Source of the DNA: Pecten maximus
Lineage: Eukaryota
Assembly: GCF_902652985.1 (NCBI RefSeq)
Contig: NC_047024.1
Location: 13,392,001-13,456,000, forward strand
DNA length: 64,000 bases
Direction: 5' to 3'
Positions 39,860 through 52,670 of this stretch are shown here, piece after piece (the first letter of the stretch is position 1; each line of letters begins with the position of its first letter). The notes below the pieces were generated by a model. It saw only the letters and a program-made list of their open reading frames with translations. It had not been told where the DNA came from and searched no databases. The position numbers and the translations under genes were made by a program.

Positions 39860-40505
39860 GAGTATTTTGCGCTAAAAGTACGACTAGGGTCCATTGAAAA
39901 TACAACGAAGACGTAAAAGCGAGAATAATTGAATTTCTGACCGTCAACATCTTTGTTGAGTTTGATAACCAGATCTTCGAACAGACTGTTGGCATACCCG
40001 TGGGATCAAACTTTACCCCTGTGTGGGACGATTTGTTTGCATACAAAGCTGATTTGTTCAAGAGTTCATCGGAACAGGTATCAGAGACCTTTCAAAGTAC
40101 TTCAAGTTGTTTATAGGTATATTGACGATGTGCCATCTTAAAACAAAAAAAGTGTATTGATCATGTTGATGGCGATACATTCTAGAACTTGAAATCAATG
40201 ATAAAACGATTTCTTTAACATTAGCCGCTCATCATGAATTCAATTTCCCAAAAGTTCCATTTCTAGCTAGGAATATTAGCAGCCTTTAGTGTCACATGTG
40301 TCACTTGATTGGATAGTCGGGGGAGAGGGATTATTATCATGATTTTACGAAGAAGGAGAATTTAACAAAACAAGGTTTCGAGAGATGTAGGTTGATGAAG
40401 ACCAAAAAAGGTTCATGGTCGAAATCATGATATCATTTACTTTTTACATTTGATAGGTGTCGTCAAGAACGCATAAGACGCTCACCCTACTGGAACACCT
40501 TGTTC
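39860..40505 (+). mobile_element. Penelope-like retroelement RT fragment, decayed
   Basis: IIEFLTVNIFVEFDNQIFEQTVGIPVGSNFTP..YRYIDDV..; KQGFERCRL; 3' motif gacgctcaccctactggaacacc shared with 48240 and 63063. Confidence 0.75.
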
Positions 40506-42374
40506 ATTTCAAGAATCACCATGCAAACCTAGAGTTTTGTTCATATTTCCCCACTTTTCTCGATTTTTTAATAACCATTTCTCATGAAATGCATGGAATT
40601 TATGATTATGAGTCCATACTATAAAGTAAACGAAACTATTCATGAAGTAAAACGGGAAAGGAAATCCCGAATATGGTAAAGAATGTAAATCGAAGTCAAA
40701 GATGGGGAGAGTGGACAATGATCTACCACCACTGTTTACCCTTTTTATATATGTTGACAGTACGAATATATTGCACATCTTCATGTATATGACGACGTCA
40801 CTTGACCACCAAACGGGAATTCATACAGCGTATCAACCATTTCAAATGACAACAAGACTTTTCAATCAATATCATTTGTTTGTCAGATCAAAATAGATGT
40901 TTTGATATACAAGTGTAGGTTGCTTTTAATAAATTCTGAATCAGCTCACAGAGTGGCATCAAATATCGGATGATCGAGTCTACCAATGGCAGCATCTCCT
41001 TAACTACTTAATACCATTGGATAACATTTTAACCAATGAAAATAGTAGGGATTAATAAAATGTTGATAAAGCTTAATGTCCATTATGTTTGTACCATTTT
41101 TTTTCTATTTTCATGTATTCTAAATTTACTTTCTGGTCACATATTTACTCGACATTTACAAATCTATTCAGTAACATAAAGAAGACAGGCTTAAAGACAA
41201 GAATAAAAGCGGAAAGCCTTTTCTCCAGTGTTTCCAATAGATTCGAGCTATATATAGTCGTGTAAGGGTAATACAAGCTTTAACGGAAATTATTTCCACT
41301 TAAACATGTTATGTTTTCCGACTCAATATGACCAAAAACGGACACTAGGAGATAACGAAATAATTAATTATGTAATCGTATAAAAATCCATATATTTCGT
41401 CTGAATAGTCAATGAGCGTGATTCATTACATTCCTATAGGTTATTTTAGCACATAACGACAATTCGTGTATTATATTAAATTTATTTCCTTATCAACATG
41501 ATAATTTCCTGCTTCTTTTATTTTGATTTCAAATAATGAAAGCCTTGTGTTAGTGCCGGCCTTTTTTGCATTGTACCGACATTATTTAAAAAGACTTCAT
41601 GTTATGACAATAAACGTCCATTGTTCTGATCCATTCTTTATGTGCTGTTTGGCTAGTGTCGTGGGCCTGGGAAGTATTTACACCATGCATATCGATTTAG
41701 AATTAGTAAACATAGTAATAGGATTGGTATACTGTTTTGGTGACATTCGTTGACAAGGAATGGTTGCCAAGCAATGTCTCCTAACAATTATGACCGGATT
41801 GACACAATTTATTTCACAAGGTGACATGCATGTATGTGAATGTCATAAATGACTTCAAAGGTATCCGGGACCGTTCACATGAATTTCTTCATCAACTCGG
41901 GTGTTAAATGAATGGACGACAGCATGGTTTAGATGAAGACAGTCGCATTTCACCGTGAAAGAGCAATCAATAGAGGATCAATGTTACTTCTCGGACCATT
42001 TCACATGTAAATTATCCTTATGTGACGACGTTGGATTAAGCAACAATCAAGCTCAACATCGGTTGATATTTATAACGTAGTCAATACAAGAGAAAACATG
42101 GATATACAGAGCCTAGAAGCCATCGCAATTTACGACTTAAATGTAAGACAGTAAAGCTAATGTAACATTAAAAAAGGGTAAATTTCACCTGAATTCAGAT
42201 GCAATAATATTAAGATTACTCGTTAAATTGTGATTCCCTGCCTTTCGTTTCATTTACAACATTGCTTGATATTAACCGGCGCATATCTATCAAACATTGC
42301 CGAATATCATGAGTTCCGCTTAACAAGTTGCATATATATATATATATTTTCGCTGCGTATCGGATTAAACTCAC

Positions 42375-42846
42375 CTATAAATTTACATATGTGGACAGTG
42401 TCGTTTGACGGCGACATGATGTGGAACTCATGACCCATAGAGTTGGTGGATGGAAGTCGTTCCCACGTAAAGTCTGTACTGAAATTGCAGTGGCTCCCCT
42501 GCATCACCTGACATTACAACGATACCAAAACACTGGCTGCTGTTCATTCGGACACCATCGAGTGTATACGTAGAGTTCAACAATACCGTGTCGTAATTGT
42601 TGAATTGCATAGAGGCGACCATCTCCATGGAAGTATTCGAAGAGACGTTAGTATTCATATATACATTGACTGTTGTATTATCGTTCATCCCCACTAAATA
42701 AACACCTTGTTCGCCGTGTTGACTTGCGTCGTCTAGCAGAAGCAAATAAGATGTCGCACGTTGATGTGATGATGGGATATACATGACATCACCCTTGTCT
42801 GACAAGATCTGCATATTAGGGCGAGCGTCTGATGTGAATCGGTGAA
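42375..42846 (-). CDS. Coding exon 3 (IgGFc-binding-like N-terminal part), with a +1 frameshift at 42496-42499
   Basis: ttttttcAG acceptor and G|GTGAGT donor. YLVGMNDNTTVNV..LDGVRMNSS..VMSG then, one frame over, HCNFSTDFTWERLPSTNSMGHEF, resembling FCGBP-N motifs. 472 bp = 157 codons + 1. Confidence 0.8.
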
Positions 42847-43340
42847 CTGAAAAAAAGAAGATATTGTGCATTAATCTGTCTTTACTTACCGATAACAAAA
42901 GTACAGAAAAGAAATAAAAAATAAAATCAGTTCGTCATATTTCGGTGGTCAATACAACTGTTAAATTGAATCCGATCGTTCGAATTAAACACTGCCAAAG
43001 TAACATGTACCACCAATGACCAGTAAAGGGATATTATTGACTAGTGGAATGTTTCCTGTTTTTTTTTTATCCGGAGAAAACGACCTCCCATACGCAACGC
43101 AAAGGCAATCAACCAATGCATTCACGATTAAAGCTTCGAATGCATTGAGAAAATAAACCTAAGAGGATAAACTTCACATTGTAAAACACTTCCTCCAACA
43201 TATGGTTTAGTAACCTGCATTGATTTGAACAAAATGCAAGTAAGACGGATAGTTATTGAAGAATAAGCAGCTGAGTATGAACATGAAATATATCTCTCGA
43301 CTGTAAGAAATGGTTTTAATGTCAAATACCCGGCACGTAG

Positions 43341-43470
43341 CAAAGCAGGTGGTGTGAGGCGCCTCGGCGTTTTACATAGCAGGTCGTGTGAGACGCCTCG
43401 GCGCCTTACAAAACAGGTCGCGTGGGACGACTCGACGCCTTACAAAGCATGTCATGTGAGATGCTCCAGA
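43341..43470. repeat. 34-bp GC-rich tandem repeat, about 4 copies
   Basis: CA(A/T)A(G/A)CAGGT-like starts at 43341, 43375, 43409 and 43443. Confidence 0.85.
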
Positions 43471-44559
43471 GCCTGGAAAGTAGGTCGGTTGTGATGCCCT
43501 AGTGGTATTTGCATCACTCGGAAGATCGTTATATTTTGTCCGATATACGACTTTGAATCCGTAATCTGACTGCTGAAATGGGAGAAGGCCAGATCACAGA
43601 CACAGTTTAGAAACAATTGACCTCTAAATCACCGAATAAATAGCGAAAAAAAACCCGTCTTAGTCGGGCTTGGATAATTATCGTTGCTGTCCAGGGGAAA
43701 GCATGGCTCTGGTGCATCACATTGAATGCCGTCATAAGTGGGAATACTTATATGATCTCCATACTGAATCGGATATTATACTCGGTGTTCCCGGATCAAT
43801 GATGACACCAACACCGACTAGCTGTCCCTGTTGTAACCCTTATCTTTAAAATTTACTACCTCGGCGGTGTCGTACCCAGCATTTGTCTATTTGACCCTTG
43901 CTGTTACAGTTGATGCCGAGGTTGACTGGTACAATCTATTTTAGAATGCTTCGGAGATTATCGATAGTACTAGTTAGATGGTTCGTTTACCATCTTAGTA
44001 ATTAGAACACCAAATTAAATACGCGAGAGAACTGCAGCGACAAGAGTAACGATGTTTTTTTTTTTATATATCGGTAAACAGGACGATTTCGGGATTACAA
44101 CCTGAGTAGGTTTCGACGTTATTTTATTTCCTTATATCATTGGCACTATTCGAATTACAAATGGACAACCGACTCTGTTGAACATCTTCTAGGCTAAGCA
44201 ACCAAAGTAGAATATGTTATCAATTATCATTAATATATGGACACAACTCACTTCTTAGAATCCTATGATAAGACCAACAGTAATACTGATGGGAACCTCC
44301 TACCTTATATTTGATTTTGATTATATTTATGCGTATATGTGAGTTTACAGTGAAGAAAAAGTATCATATACATGTCACACCATTCACCATCCATAAAAAA
44401 AAAAGAAAAAAAAGAAGAAAAAAATGGAAAAAACTGCCAACAGCAATACATTCAAATAAATTCATATTTCTGAATTAGGAGCTGTAGATATCTGTATATC
44501 CTATCAGCTCATTGAACATCATGACTGCTATATCCATATTAGAGCTGATAATGTTTTTG

Positions 44560-45310
44560 TACCATGAATTATTACTATTGTTATCTATGAACAACATAAA
44601 TAATTTTTATTATTATCAATCAACAGCTAAAAAGATTATATTTAGTTATCAATCAACAAAAAAACTCTATTATTCAATGTTATCAATCAACAACATAAAT
44701 GATTATTTTTATTTATCAACTTACAGCAGAAATGGTTATTTATTGTTATATCAATCAACAACATAAATGATTTTTATTGTTATCAACTTACAGCAGAAAT
44801 GGTTAATTATTATTATCTATTAAAAACAGAAATAATTATAACTATTACCAATCAATAACACAACCGATTAATAATTGTTATCAATCAAGAACACAAACTA
44901 TTTTTACTTGCAACCAATCAACAACAGAAGGTATTATTTATCATTATCAATCAACAACAGACATGATTATAATTATTATCAATCAACAACAGAAATGGTT
45001 ATAGTTGATATCAATCAACAACAGACATGATTATAATTGTTATCAATCAACAGCATGATGGAATATTGAGTGTTGTCCATCAACAACACAAATGCTTATT
45101 TATCGTCATAGGTCAAATGCAACAATGTTTTTTGTTATAAATCAGCAAGAGAAATAGAAATAATATTGTTATCTTTCACACACACAAATCATTATGTATT
45201 ATTTTTGATTGATAACAAAAATGAGTATTATTACAAACAAAAAACATGATCTATTGTTGTCTATCAACCACAGAAATGAATATTTATCGTAAGCAGTAAA
45301 CAACATTGGT
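44560..45310. repeat. Degenerate AT-rich tandem repeat (TTATCAATCAACAACA core, ~32-35 bp)
   Basis: Core recurs about 20 times with increasing divergence. Confidence 0.8.
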
Positions 45311-47079
45311 TATTTTTCAAAAGTACCTATGATATCAAAGTATCACGTCATCCTGTTGATGAAAGTGGGACGCGGTGTTGTTTATGATGGTAAGACACTG
45401 TAGTTCAGTAATGACATATTGTTGGAATATAAATTATTGTTGTTGCAAGGAATACTTATCAATGTATATCATGTGCTTAAAGAATAATCGCTCTATGCAA
45501 ATGATCAACAAATGGATCGCAAAGACAAAGAATAGAAAATATATATATATATATATATATACTATTAGTTTGTGTAAAAATGTAAAAATCTAGTGATAAC
45601 CTGCCAATATGGACTTGTAAACTTAGTCAATATACGCTATAAACCTCAGCAAATAATGGTATCTTACAATGTACAATGTAATTGTGTTAATATAAAAGGG
45701 AAGATATTCTACAGAGACAATTGCGCGATATCATTTAATTTTACGTCACAGTAGTGTTGTTATTACAATGATATTGCTATATTTATGATATTGGCGCATT
45801 ACATAGCAGAGCAGACAATTTATATGAAAATTTGTTTTACTACAAACTACAATATATTATACTTTCGACACATTTCATTATTAAAAAAATAAATAAATAG
45901 AAAATAATATAAAAAACCATCATCACTGCGAATTAGTGTCTTAATTTTTGAATGTAAAATCAGTAATGATATTGACATTTGACTTATACGGTATCAGTAT
46001 TTCTTTCACAGTGAAAGCTCTACTGTATGTATGATATTAGGACAGAGCGATCACCGGATGAAACCTAACTTGCTAGACATTCACCAACATATCCCTAATT
46101 GCCCAGTATCTGATATCGGCGAAAATAGCACCTGCGCTCTGAAACGGCTATCTGACGCAATATCCTTCTCGGGTAGTTAATACGTTCCGTTTATAATCCG
46201 AGTATCTAGCAGACAAAATTAATTTATATTGATACATTGCCATCTTATAATTCGAATAAGCAGACGAATATTTCATTGATTCTTTCTGTATTAAATATGT
46301 TATCAGAAAAGTCTTCCTGAGCGGCTTAACACCGGAAATGACTGTCCTTGACCTTGTGTAGCCTTTGACACGACTTATATCAACTATACATACGCAATGC
46401 GAAGATGTAACGAGATTGTGTTTCGGACTGGATTGGATCTTTACATATAATAGTTCGGTTCAATGAGCTTGGTAATCTATTAGGTCTAGCGGCTTTCCTT
46501 GATAAGTATACGTAGAATTGCATTCCGAAAGAAAGTCTACAGGATAAGAGGAAACATTGGCTAGCAGCCTGTGTAAAACCTTGTCCGATTAAAGTCAACA
46601 TGTTCATATTATTTTTATTGCTATGATATAGCGTCCAACAATTGGTATCGCAGAACATCCTTGTGCAACATGCCTGCATTTATACCGTAAAGAAACTCGT
46701 AATTAAAACTTTTTTCGGTTTAATTTCAAAGAAAAAAATCTTTTCCGTGTAATGAAAGCTGACTAGATCACGCGAAATCCCAATATGCATAGTAATTAAG
46801 CGAACATGGCAGCATACCACTGGTAATCACCTAAGTAAGGCGACACTATTATAACTTCTTTCAATTAACAACCTTTGCATAAAGGCATACGGTCATAATT
46901 ATTGAAAAGTCCGAGAACACGCTGTGATCAATCGCTAATAGGTAGATGCTGCCGGTTATAGGGAGAAATTAATGTAGTTTATTCTATATGGAATATTCCC
47001 TTTCTGTGACTTCAATATTATCACCAACATCAGGAATACTTGGAAAAACTATATGTTTCAAGCGAGTAATTGGTACCTA

Positions 47080-47430
47080 ATTGGTAGGTACAATAACAAG
47101 GATAATCATCCTTGTTATTGTACCTACCAATCTGTGTTCCTTTTAAACCATCCTGGTTAGTGTATCGACAATGTGTGTTCATTAAAACGCATCCTGGTCA
47201 ATGACATACTTATTTTTAAAACTATTCTGGTTAGCGTACCTACTTTAAAATCATCCTTGTTAGCGTACCTACTTTTAAATCATCCTGGTTAACGTACCTA
47301 CCAATATTTGTTCCTTTTAACTTATCCTGGTTAACTTACCTACCTATATGTGTTCCTTTTAAATCATTCTGATAAACATATCACCAATTTGTTTTCCTTT
47401 TAAATCAGCACGGATACTTTACCTACCAAT
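47080..47430. repeat. Perfect 24-bp-arm hairpin (47080-47131) leading into a degenerate ~30-43-bp tandem repeat
   Basis: ATTGGTAGGTACAATAACAAGGAT-aatc-ATCCTTGTTATTGTACCTACCAAT, followed by atcctggtta..tacctac..ttttaaa units. Confidence 0.85.
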
Positions 47431-47590
47431 CTGAATTTAGATATTTGTATGCATCTATTTGTATGATTCGTACTCTTGATACTTTGGATTTCTCGCAGCA
47501 CCAGATAATGCTTTTTAGTGACGTCATCACCGATTGATGAAGCTTCTTATCTCTAACAAAATATAAGTTCAAGAAAGGTTAAGTACATAC

Positions 47591-47809
47591 CACGTGATAA
47601 AATACGAGATGATCTATACATCACGGAAGAGTCCAGTGTTAGGTTTGTGTCGTCTGTATAGGTTTCGTTGTATCTAGTAGACATAGTTATATACAGTGCT
47701 TGTCCATCTGCGACATTAGGGTACGCTTGAAGTGTCATCTCACAACCGGAACTAGCTGAACCGTATGCAAGAGGTGCGTAGTAATATTCGCTCACGTCGC
47801 CGGAATTAA
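47591..47809 (-). CDS. Coding exon 2
   Basis: ttcacAG acceptor and G|GTATGT donor; 219 bp, phase 1-1; (V)NSGDVSEYYYAPLAYG..SSRILSR. Confidence 0.8.
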
Positions 47810-47989
47810 CTGTGAACATAAAAAAGAAATGTCTGAAAATTTTTCTGAATTATTTTCATATAGTTTGTATATCTAGGAATTAAATGAACACATATTTTAT
47901 TACATCACTGCTTCCTACACACGGTGTTTAAATGTCTCAGTTGATTCTGTAATCGTGTTCCCTGTATGACGATTCCCGTGACACATGTA

Positions 47990-48270
47990 TACTTCTAACG
48001 GAGAAATTAACAAGAAAAGGTTTCGAAAGATGCAGGTGGATGAAGAATATGGGGCAGTTTTAGGGTCGAAATTATGTACTTAGTTTATAATGTTATATTT
48101 TTTTTACGATATGAAGCCAGACATGATCAATATTGGTTGATTGCCCAATTGTTCCAATCTCAACACCATTAATCCCATTTTAAAAAGGGGTGTTTCCCGT
48201 ATCTATGTTTGTATTGAAGAAGTCGTCGATGAGGCAGAAGACGCTTGCTCTTGCGGAACACCTGGGTGTT
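47990..48270 (+). mobile_element. Penelope-like element 3' fragment
   Basis: LLTEKLTRKGFERCR is homologous to 40360-40430; same downstream gacgctt..ggaacacctgg motif. Confidence 0.6.
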
Positions 48271-48796
48271 ATCTTCATTTATTTTCTCAATGCAAATATA
48301 GATTTTTTATACGTTGCACTCGTCTCATTTTATCGATTTTTATTTGGAATTATGCTTTCGTTATCATGTTGATGTTCCTTGCTTTTATGACGAACATTTT
48401 CTAGAACCTTTTTTTTAGAAAAAAAAAATGAAATACTTATTCAAAACCAAAAATTTAATTCTAGAGTTTTTGAATGAGACTCCTATATGTTTGGAGAAAT
48501 AAGGTAGAGAGATAAAACACAAACAACAGTTTAATCTGATTACATATCGGTTGAGAAACGGAAAGAGAAGAAGGACCCCCTAAGAAGGCTTATAATTTAC
48601 ACTCATGATGCCACATTTTACTGTAGGACAATCAATACCTACTACAAGATTGATCAAATCCTGTCAATTACTTCCATCATAAATTCTAGAAGTAATGTGC
48701 TAGGTACATGTACTTGTGCTATAGATACATTTATGTACTTTAAACATACCTATATGTATTTGTTAGGAAATGGAAGTGACAGACAAGCATTCCTAC

Positions 48797-48872
48797 CTCT
48801 AGTCAGGGAAACCATCCACATGGCTGCCATGAAGCTGAGTGCCGCTGAAAAAATCAAAAGGATGCTTGTCAT
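48797..48872 (-). CDS. Coding exon 1 (signal peptide) of the IgGFc-binding-like membrane protein gene
   Basis: MTSILLIFSAALSFMAAMWMVSLTR + G|GTAGGA phase-1 donor; joins in frame to the 47809 exon. Confidence 0.7.
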
Positions 48873-49964
48873 TATTCCTGATATATTTCCCTCTCTACAC
48901 TTCTTTTGTGAACAAGTTTTAATACAAACAGCTTTTACTACAAGTTGACATTAATACGTGTACATACACATTCATCACGAATATACATTCCGTATGCAAA
49001 TGATCCCTTTAACAGAACAAACCATTGTTATGTATTCATATCAACGTCAGTGAATCAATTGCTCAAAACAAGGATGTATTTTTATTTCAACAGTAGCAAC
49101 ATCATTTTATCGATGTAGGGCTCAATCTGTAGATTTCCTACATAGCCATATAATTAACAATATCGTATCTTCATTTATCGATCTACTAAATGCTACTTAT
49201 ATTTCTAATATGAACGACACCGCAGTGTCATATCATAGGCTATTGAAGGTTCTACTATACTACTATAGGTTTAGTATAGCGCGTTACCGAAGGGATAGGA
49301 TTTCCTATATCTGGCAAGGTACTGGTGCTATCTAACGTCTCAAACTACAGTACTTAGGACGCTGGCTTCTTGTGACCTTTTTTTGGCTTTTTTGTGACCT
49401 TTTTTTGGTTCGGCAAAGATTAAAAAAAAAAAATAATGATTAAGATTGTACATGATTATGATAGGTTTAACAATTAAAAAAAAAAAATATTTTGAGATGT
49501 CCAGTGGTGTTCTGGACATTTTAGTCATTTAATAAATTGACAAACACTCTCAATTTTATTTTGGTATTATATTCACATGTATGTCTACAAAATGTTTAGA
49601 GAAAAAAACCCTGAGCTTTAATGGCAGTCGGTGTACTTCTATTCAATTATAATCTAACCCAGCAAACACAACCACATTTGTGCCATTCGCAAAACCACAG
49701 TTTTTCCCATCATAACAACAATGTGCCCCGCTGATATCAACAAATCAGCGTCCCATTGAAATGGACAACACAAAATTGACCTGTTCTCATACACACGTAA
49801 ATGTCATCCTCTGTTATGAAGAAAACAGCAGTATACCACTAGCATAGACTGCAAGACAGTTCCGCACCATCAGAAACAACATAGCGTTCCACTGTTAAGT
49901 ACTACACGACAATACCTTGCCATCAGAAACGACAACATAACGTCAACTGCTTAACGGTACCATG

Positions 49965-50737
49965 AAGTGACTTACCATAGGAAACAAAAACAAAGTGCCT
50001 TACCACAGGAAACAAAAACAAAGTGCCTTACCATTAGAAACAACAACAAAGTGCCTTACCATTAGAAACAACAACAAAGTGCCTTACCATTAGAAACAAC
50101 AACAAAGTGCCTTACCATAGGAAACAAAAACAAAGTGCCTTACCATTAGAAACAACAACAAAGTGACTTACCATAGGAAACAAAAACAAAGTGCCTTACC
50201 ATTAGAAACAACAACAAAGTGCCTTACCATTAGAAACAACAACAAAGTGCCTTACCATTAGAAACAACAACAAAGTGCCTTACCATTAGAAACAACAACA
50301 AAGTGCCTTACCGTTAGAAACAACAACAAAGTGCCTTACCATTAGAAACAACAACAAAGTGCCTTACCATTAGAAACAACAAAGTGCCTTACCATTAGAA
50401 ACAACAACAAAGTGCCTTACCATTAGAAACAACAACAAAGTGCCTTACCATTAGAAACAACAACAAAGTGCCTTACCATTAGAAACAACAACAAAGTGCC
50501 TTACCATTAGAAACAACAAAGTGCCTTACCATTAGAAACAACAACAAAGTGCCTTACCATTAGAAACAACAAAGTGCCTTACCATTAGAAACAACAACAA
50601 AGTGCCTTACCATTAGAAACAACAACAAAGTGCCGTACCATTAGAAACAACAACAAAGTGCCTTACCATTAGAAACAACAACAAAGTGCCTTACCATTAG
50701 AAACAACAACAAAGTGCCTTACCATTAGAAACAACAA
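49965..50737. repeat. 28-bp minisatellite (AAAGTGCCTTACCATTAGAAACAACAAC), about 28 copies, some 25-bp variants
   Basis: Direct inspection; period 28 (e.g. 50221 to 50249). Confidence 0.97.
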
Positions 50738-50805
50738 TACATCGCTCCACTGTTAAGCACTACACGACAACGCCTTACCCGCATAAACAACATAGCGCTC
50801 CACAC

Positions 50806-50942
50806 CACAGGCGCTTGCATAGAAAATGTTATTTTCATTTTTTTTGACAGTGGTATGTGTAATCTGTGTACTTAACAGATTACACATACCACTGTCATAT
50901 AAAAAAAAAATGAAAGTCATATTTTCTATGCAAGCGCCTGTG
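50806..50942. mobile_element. 137-bp palindromic MITE with 8-bp TSD (hAT-like)
   Basis: CACAGGCGCTTGCATAGAAAAT...ATTTTCTATGCAAGCGCCTGTG; whole element folds back around a 7-nt loop; TSD CTCCACAC at 50798-50805 and 50943-50950. Confidence 0.9.
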
Positions 50943-52094
50943 CTCCACACCTGACCTCACCAAACACATGACCTCATTCATTACACACAACACTGAAGTG
51001 TAATTAAACACACTATTATCTCGTCATTGGATACACTACGATAGTATTTATTAATAAATGTTTGACTATGTGGTGTATTTTGCTACTTATTTGACACCAC
51101 ACCCTGGAAATAGAATACATACAGTAACCTTAACAAAACATAATGCAGCTTTCTCATCAATTGATATTTGTCTGATTGATATTATAAAATAATCTTAAAA
51201 TAAAATTTAGTCATATTGATAGCTTTAATGATTTTAAAAATTATCTTAACTATGATGAAATTAAATTGAAGCCTGCAGTCTTTATGCTACATTGAGCTTC
51301 CTGTAGTGGACCATGTATAATTGTCACCAAGACGCTGATTGGGACCAACAGGTTTCCTTTTCCGTGCACGAGAGATGATTAATTGTCTCACGCATGTATG
51401 CTTGGAATTTCAATTGATTTTTTTAAATTCTTTTTATTCTAATTTAATTTTGGCATGTTTAAGGCATGAGTTTAATTAAGAGCATGGCATTTCCGTTAAA
51501 TTAATCTAAGATCATGACCACAGAGCTCAGAAAAACCGTCACACGAACCCACGGCTTAAGTGATCTCCTGCTGAATTCTACCGCTGAATTGTTCCTAGTT
51601 TTACACATAGTTAATTCATAATAATCTCCTAAATAGTTATTACAATATGTTAGTCTGTATCAGATTTTTTCTGGCGAACACTATTCTGAAGAGAAAAAGC
51701 TACTGTATTTGTAATGACATTAAACGATCACCTGAGATATATTAGAACCAGGCGCCACGTAAATCAATAGGGTATTCTTGTATTTTACACTTGAAATTAA
51801 CAAAACCTCATTTAGTAGTACCACCATTGTAAATGCATCCATTGATTTAGATAATAGAGATGATTTCACCAATATAACGTGTTTGCACTCTTATATTTTG
51901 TTCTAAATCCGTACACCAAATCGTATCTGCCGTGTAAACAATTCAATATAGACAATTAGCACGTGCTGAAGTGAAGCTAACCGTACTTGAGACACACAAG
52001 TCCTGATCAATACGTACAAGATGAGGTTGATGAGGATAGTAAGTAGGCCATAATATCTTGACAGATTGACAATGGATCTCATTGTCAGCCTAGT

Positions 52095-52103
52095 CTATTT
52101 ATA
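52095..52103 (-). promoter_or_regulatory. Candidate TATA box for the minus-strand membrane-protein gene
   Basis: TATAAATAG with a CC-A-TT initiator-like A 30 nt downstream (52073) and GT donors near 51985; inference only. Confidence 0.3.
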
Positions 52104-52214
52104 ACTTATCCTAGGATTATAAGGTTTAAATACACAGGTGAGTTTGAGATAAGAACCGGGAGTTATACAGGTACTGATTAGGTAGAGCGCCAATGATGCC
52201 ACCTCACTCAGGTG

Positions 52215-52670
52215 TCATGGTACAGGTATAGGTAAATGTAGAGCATTTAGGTTATATATACCATTATAGGCCTTACAGCATAAGGTACAGGTAAAGGTAA
52301 ATGTTGGGAGAATGATGTAACCTTACAGGAAAATGTACAGGTATAGGTTAATGTTGTGAGAATGATGTTCCCTTATAGAATTAAGGTAAAGGGATAAGTA
52401 AATGTTGTAGGAAAGTACTCTTACAGGATAAGGTACAAGTAAAGGTTAATTTTGGGAGGTAGTACCCTTTCAGGATAAGGTACAGGTATAGGTAAATGTT
52501 GGGAGGTACAACCCTTTCAGGATAGGGTACAGGTATAGGTAAATGTTGGGAGGTAGTATTCTTATAGGATAAGGTACAGGTAAAGGTAAATGTTGGGAGA
52601 TAGTACTCTTACAGGAAAACGTATAGGTAAATGTTGGGAGGTAGTATTCTTATAGGATAAGGTACAGATA
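52215..52670. repeat. Degenerate ~46-bp tandem repeat (CAGGATAAGGTACAGGTATAGGTAAATGTTGGGAGG..)
   Basis: About 9 imperfect copies. Confidence 0.85.

Noticed and set aside
49965-50737. CRISPR-like 28-bp repeat
   Set aside because: No spacers; simple minisatellite.
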